A stretch of DNA of 64,000 nucleotides from the human T2T-CHM13v2.0 reference genome, Homo sapiens, in NCBI RefSeq assembly GCF_009914755.1, contig NC_060948.1. The stretch is one strand, 5' to 3'. The notes beneath the pieces are model-generated. The model was not told where the DNA came from, made no database searches, and was given only the letters and a program-made list of their open reading frames with translations. A program made the position numbers and the translations under genes. The stretch's first letter is position 1; each line of letters begins with the position of its first letter. Positions 58,401-64,000 of this stretch are shown here, piece by piece.

Positions 58401-60700
58401 GAAAGGAATTGAATGGAGTAGATTGGATTGGATGGGATTGGAATGAAATGTACTGGAAAGGACTCGAATTTCATGAAACGGAATGGAATGAATTGGAACG
58501 GAACGGACTCGAATGGAATGGAATGTCATGGAATGGCATCAAATGGAATGGCATCAAATGGAATGGAATCCAATGCAATGGAGTGCTATGGAATGGAATG
58601 GAATGCATTGGAATGGAATGTCCTCTAATGGAATGGATTCGAGTGGAATGGAATCGAATATAATGGAGTCGAATGAAATGGAATTGAAAGGAATGGGATC
58701 GAATACAATGGAATATACTGGAATCTAATGTAATGAACTCGAATGTAATTGACTGGAATGGAATGTATATGAATGGAATGTAATTGAATGGAAAGTAATC
58801 CAATGGAATAGAATCTAATGCAATAAAATCGACTCAGATAGAGTAGAATGTAATGGAATGGAGTGCAGTGCAATGGAATGGAATGGAATGGAATGCAATG
58901 GAATGGAATGGAATGGAATGGAATGGGATGGAATGGTGTGGAATGGATAGTAATGGACTGGAGTGAAATGGACTGGAAAGGAATGGCCTCAAATTGAAAG
59001 GGCTCGAAAGGAATGGAGTCAAATGGAATGGTCTGGAATGGAATGAACACGAATGTAATGCAATCCAATAGAATGGAATCGAATGGCATGGAATATAAAG
59101 AAATGGAATCGAAGAGAATGGAAACAAATGGAATGGAATTGAATGGAATGGAATTGAATGGAATGGGAACGAATGGAGTGAAATTGTATGCAGTAGAAGA
59201 GAATAGAATGGAATGCAAGCGAAAGGAAAGGAATGGATTGGAATGGAATGGAATTCATTGGAATGGAAGGGAATGTAGTGTAATGGACAGGCCTGGAATA
59301 AAGTGGAATGCTACGGTCTCGAATGGAATAAAAATGTATGGAATGGAATGCAATGAAACGGAATCGAATGTCATAGAATGTAATGGAATGCAAAAAAATG
59401 GAATCCAAAATCATTGACTGGAAAGGCTGGGTGTCGAAAGGAATTGACTCCAATGGAATGGAATCGAATGGAATGGAAGTGAATAGAATCGAACTAAATC
59501 GAATGGAATGGAATTGATAGGAACGGAATGGAAAGGAATGCAATGATTTGGCATGGAATGCAATCGAATGGCATCGAATGGAATGGAATGGAATGCAATG
59601 GAATGGAATGTATTAGAATGTAATGAACTTTAATGGTATGTACTCGAATGGATTCGACTGGAATGGAATGTTCTGGAAGTGAATGGACTCCAATGGAATG
59701 GATTCAAAAGGAATGGAATCGTACGGAATGGAATCTAATGGAATGGAATTAAATGGAAATGAATCAAATTGAATAGCACGGAATTGAATTGAATGGAATC
59801 GAATGCAATGGAATCTAATGAAACGGAAAGGAAAGGAATGGAATGGAATGGAATGGAATGGGCTGGAATGGAAAGGAATCGAAACGAATGGAATGGAATC
59901 GAACTGAAGAGACTGGAATGGAATGCACTGGAATGGAAGGGAGTGTAATGGAAGGTTCTCGAAAAAAATGGAATCGAATGGAATGGAATTGAATGGAACG
60001 GAATAGAGTCGAATGGAATTGAATGGAATGGAATGGACTAGAGTGAAATGGAATCGAACCACAAGGAATGGACAGGAATAGAATGGTCTCGAATTGAATG
60101 GAATCGTATGGAATGGCATCAAACGGAATGGAATGGACAGCCACGGAATGGAATGCACTCGAATGCAATGGAGTCGAAACTAATGGACTGGAATAGAATG
60201 GACTCGACTGGTACGGACTCCAATGGAATGGAATCGAATGGAAGGGAATCGAACGGAATGGACTCGAAGGGAAAAGACTGCAATGGAGAGGTCTCGAATG
60301 GAATGGAAATTAATGGAATGGAATGGAATCGAATGAAATGGAGTCAAAAGGAATGGAATCGAATGGCAAGAAATCGAATGTAATGGAATCGCAAGGAATT
60401 GATGTGAACGGAACGGAATGGAATGGAATCCAAAGGAATGGAATAGAATGGAATGGAATCGAATGGAAAGGACTCGAATGGAAATCACTCGAATAGAATG
60501 CAATTTAATAAAATAGGATCAAATGTAATGGAATGGAATGGAAAGGAATCGAAACGAAAGGAATGGAGACAGATGGAATGGAATGGAACAGAGAGCAATG
60601 GTATAGAATGGAATGGAATCATCTGGAATGGAATTGAATGGAATGGAATAACATGAAATGGACTGGAATGGAATGGAATGCCCTTGAATTAAATGGACTG
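46491..60700 (+). repeat. Higher-order repeat block, copy 2 (4 DYZ1 units, about 14.2 kb)
   Basis: Same ordered variant set as copy 1 but one 3,559-bp unit shorter. ORF-track offsets are 29649->47412, 36766->50970, 40324->54533 and 43868->58077. Confidence 0.8.
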
Positions 60701-62329
60701 GAATGGAATGGACTCGAACAGAGTGGAATGGAAAGTGTTGAAATAGAATGGAATGGACTGGTTTGGAATGGTCTAGTATGCAATGCAATCGACTGGCAGG
60801 GAATCAAAAGGAATGTAATCGAATGGATTGGACTGGAATGCAATGGACTCGAATAGATTGGAAACGGAATGCAAAGGAATGGAATGGAATAGTATGGAAT
60901 GGAATGGAAAGGAATGGAGTGGAATAGACTAGAGTGGAATGGAATGGACTGGAAAGCAATGGACTGGAATGGAACTTTCTTGAATGGACTGGAATCAAAC
61001 GGAATGGAATGCAATGCAATCAAATGGCATGGAATAAAATAGAATGAAAGAGAATCAAATGGAATTGAATCGAATGGAATCGAATGGATTGGAAAGGAAT
61101 AGAATGGAATGGAATGGAATTGACTCAAATGGAATGGACTAGAATGGAATGGATTCGAATGGAAGGCAAAGGAATGGAATCTATTGGAATGGACTGTAAT
61201 GGAATGGAATGGAAGGGATTGGAATGGACTCGAATGGAATGGACTGCAATAGAAAGGATTCGAATGGAATGAAAAAGAATTGAATGGAATAGAACAGAAT
61301 GGAATCAAATCGAATGAAATGGAATGGAATAGAAAGGAATGGAATGAAATGGAATGGAAAGGATTCGAATGGAATGCAATCGAATGGAATGTAATCGAAC
61401 GCAATGGAATAAAATGGAAGAAAACTGGCAAGAAATGGAATCGAAATGAATGGAGTGTTATGGAACGGACTCAAAAGGAATTGAATGTAATAGAATGGAG
61501 TGGAGTGGACTCGAATATAATGGACTGGAATGGAATGAAATCACATGGAATGGGAACGAATGGAATGGAATGGAAAGGAATCGAATGGAAGGGAATGAAA
61601 TTGAATCAACAGGAATGGAAGGGAATAGAATAGACGGTAATGGAATGGACTCGAATAGAATGGACACGAATGCTCAAATTGAATGGACTCGAATGGAATG
61701 GAAACGAAAGGAATGTCATCGAATGGAATTGAATCGATTGGAATGAAATCGCATAGAATGGAGTGGAATCAAATGGAATTGAATCGAAAGGAAAGGAAGC
61801 GAATGGACTGAAATGAAATGGAATGGAATTGAATGGAAAGTAATGCAATGGAAAAGAATGGAACGAAATTTCACGGAATGGAATCAAACTGAATGGAATC
61901 AAATCAATGGAATCAAATCAAATGGAATGGAAAGGAATTGAATGGAGTAGATTGGATTGGATGGGATTGGAATGAAATGTACTGGAAAGGACTCGAATTT
62001 CATGAAACGGAATGGAATGAATTGGAACGGAATGGACTCGAATGGAATGGAATGTCATGGAATGGCATCAAATGGAATGGCATCAAATGGAATGGAATCG
62101 AATGTAATGGAATGGAATGCATTGGAATGGAATGTCCTCTAATGGAATGGATTCGAGTGGAATGGAATCGAATATAATGGAGTAGAATGAAATGGAATTG
62201 AAAGGAATGGGATCGAATACAATGGAATATACTGGAATGTAATGTAATGAACTCGAATGTATTTGACTGGAATGGAATGTACATGAATGGAATGTAATCG
62301 AATGGAAAGTAATCCAATGGAATAGAATC

Positions 62330-63079
62330 ATATATGATATATAATATATGTATAATATTGTTTTACATCCTGCATCTTATGTTATATATATTGTATAAAA
62401 TATAATAATTGATTATATATACTTTTATAACATAATTTACATAAAATATCATAATATAATATATATTATATTATTTCATATTACATAATATATATTACAT
62501 ATCACCCAATATAAGTAACTTACATAATATTATAATATAGATTATATTATGTTATATTAAATATCATATATATTATGTATCATATATTCTATAATATATA
62601 TTATACATTATATAATATGTATGTTGTCTATTATGTGATATATATAACTATACATATAATTATATTATTATACGTATAACTAGATAAACATGTAATTCTA
62701 CATATTTTCATTTATAATATATAGAATTATATAATCATATATAATTATGTATATTCTATAAAAAATTATATCATTATATAAATTATAATATATAAAAATT
62801 ATAATATGTACTACAAATATATATATTATATATCATATATGATATAGTACCTTTGTTATATATCATAATACATATAAATGTGTATTATGTTATCTATAAT
62901 TATATAATTTCATATATAAGTTGTATAATATGTATTATATATTATATATGTTATGTAATATATATAGTATATATAAGATGACACAGGATAAATATTATAT
63001 ACTATGACATATAAAATATATGAGGTTATATGTTACATATAAGGCATAGCACATAACATGTAATATATATCATCTATAA
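62330..63079. repeat. AT-rich low-complexity tract (degenerate TA/TAT repeats) of DYZ2, probably truncated at the junction
   Basis: About 750 bp made up overwhelmingly of A/T (tatataatattatat...). Confidence 0.9.
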
Positions 63080-63371
<292 letters not shown>

Positions 63372-63940
63372 AGATCCATATTTTTTAAATGAAAAAAAAT
63401 TTCAAAGGTACTCTGCTTGGTACAATAATCAAGTGCATAAACTGAGGAATAAAACATAACCATGAAACCTACTTATAACTGCATATGGAAAATACAGAGG
63501 ATAATTTTTTAAATAACATATTTTGAAAGACTTAACTAGTAATTTCAAGAGTTGGCATTTGAAAGGCCAGTATGAATATACCTTCAAAGCAGCAACACAG
63601 GTTCCCCATGAGAAAAAGCAAACTCAGGGAAAATAAAACCACTAAGGTTCAATGTCTTCTGACCTTTGAAAGACACAGCACAGACAGTGGCCCTAAGGAC
63701 GAAGAGCTGGAGACCCCTAATTCCGTCACCATGGCGATAGGGCATAAACATTGCTGGGTGAGGGCACAATCCACATTGTGAGGTCCAAGTGCTGCCAGGA
63801 AGACAGGAGTGCTTTTACATAGACCGAAAGGTCATTGAAGGCTCAGAGTTTTGTTTCAAGAACTGAATCCCAAGCCCACACGTTATTAGGCTGCACTTCT
63901 TAAAACAAGTTATGAGATGGGAAAAAGGGCACCCACAAAC
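63372..63940. repeat. HSATI-type non-simple segment of the DYZ2 unit
   Basis: About 570 bp of mixed-composition, non-periodic sequence between the Alu and the next AT-rich tract. Assigned by position and size in the known DYZ2 architecture, not by alignment. Confidence 0.7.
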
Positions 63941-64000
63941 ATACGTATACATTATGTATATAATAATATACAGTATCATATATATAATATATATAACCTA
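63941..64000. repeat. Start of the next AT-rich tract (next DYZ2 unit), cut by the window end
   Basis: Sequence returns to atacgtatacattatgtatataataatata-type composition. Confidence 0.7.

Larger units (their letters stand above)
1..62329 (+). repeat. DYZ1: DYZ1 / human satellite 3 (HSat3) tandem array, Yq12 type; GGAAT strand on +
   Basis: Continuous degenerate GGAAT pentamers. A marker ORF recurs at 62, 3641, 8317, 11881, 15430, 18984, 22532, 26100, 29649, 33208, 36766, 40324, 43868, 47412, 50970, 54533, 58077 and 61606 (period 3,529-3,579 bp; one of 4,676 bp). EcoRI sites at 1266 and 4830 are exactly 3,564 bp apart, the classic DYZ1 unit length. One canonical HaeIII/StuI site (AGGCCT; GGCC at 1305) occurs per unit. 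The array abuts DYZ2-type sequence. Confidence 0.97.

Noticed and set aside
349-62177. Plus-strand MEWNG-repeat ORFs
   Set aside because: These are direct translations of (GGAAT)n, with an ATG every 5 bp. They are short, low-complexity and have no recognisable domain.
1-62329. CRISPR-like or other repeat-spacer system
   Set aside because: There are no unique spacers or cas-like ORFs. Variation consists of point degeneracy of a pentamer that is itself repeated every 3.55 kb.
1-62329. Inversion or foreign insertion inside the DYZ1 array
   Set aside because: GGAAT polarity is constant throughout. I saw no ATTCC-strand block or non-satellite insert.
1-62329. HSat2 or chr9-type HSat3 assignment
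   Set aside because: The 3,564-bp EcoRI period and direct adjacency to an AT-rich/Alu/HSATI unit fit Y-specific DYZ1. HSat2-type CATTCGATTC/ATGATG periodicity does not dominate.
63572-63781. 69-aa (+) and 61-aa (-) ORFs in the HSATI segment
   Set aside because: Short, overlapping and without recognisable motifs. Their length is compatible with chance.

Overview
This window looks like human Y-chromosome long-arm heterochromatin (Yq12). It does not look microbial or gene-coding. Bases 1-62,329 are an uninterrupted, single-orientation array of DYZ1 (human satellite 3, HSat3): degenerate (GGAAT)n organised into about 3.55-kb units. There are 17 full periods of 3,529-3,579 bp plus flanking partial units, and one period is extended to 4,676 bp by an off-register 1,117-bp duplication. 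At 62,329/62,330 the array switches abruptly to DYZ2 (HSat1B): an AT-rich tract, a slightly 5'-truncated minus-strand Alu, an HSATI-type segment, then the start of the next AT-rich tract. None of the ORFs is credible; they are translations of the pentamer. I found no novel protein-coding system. The most notable signals are: (i) three perfect heat-shock elements (GAAnnTTCnnGAA) at fixed positions in nearly every DYZ1 unit, plus one AP-1 site; (ii) a reconstructable history of multi-unit duplications and crossovers with mappable breakpoints; (iii) the base-level DYZ1/DYZ2 junction. All counts and coordinates were read by eye or taken from ORF-track offsets; none were computed by alignment.
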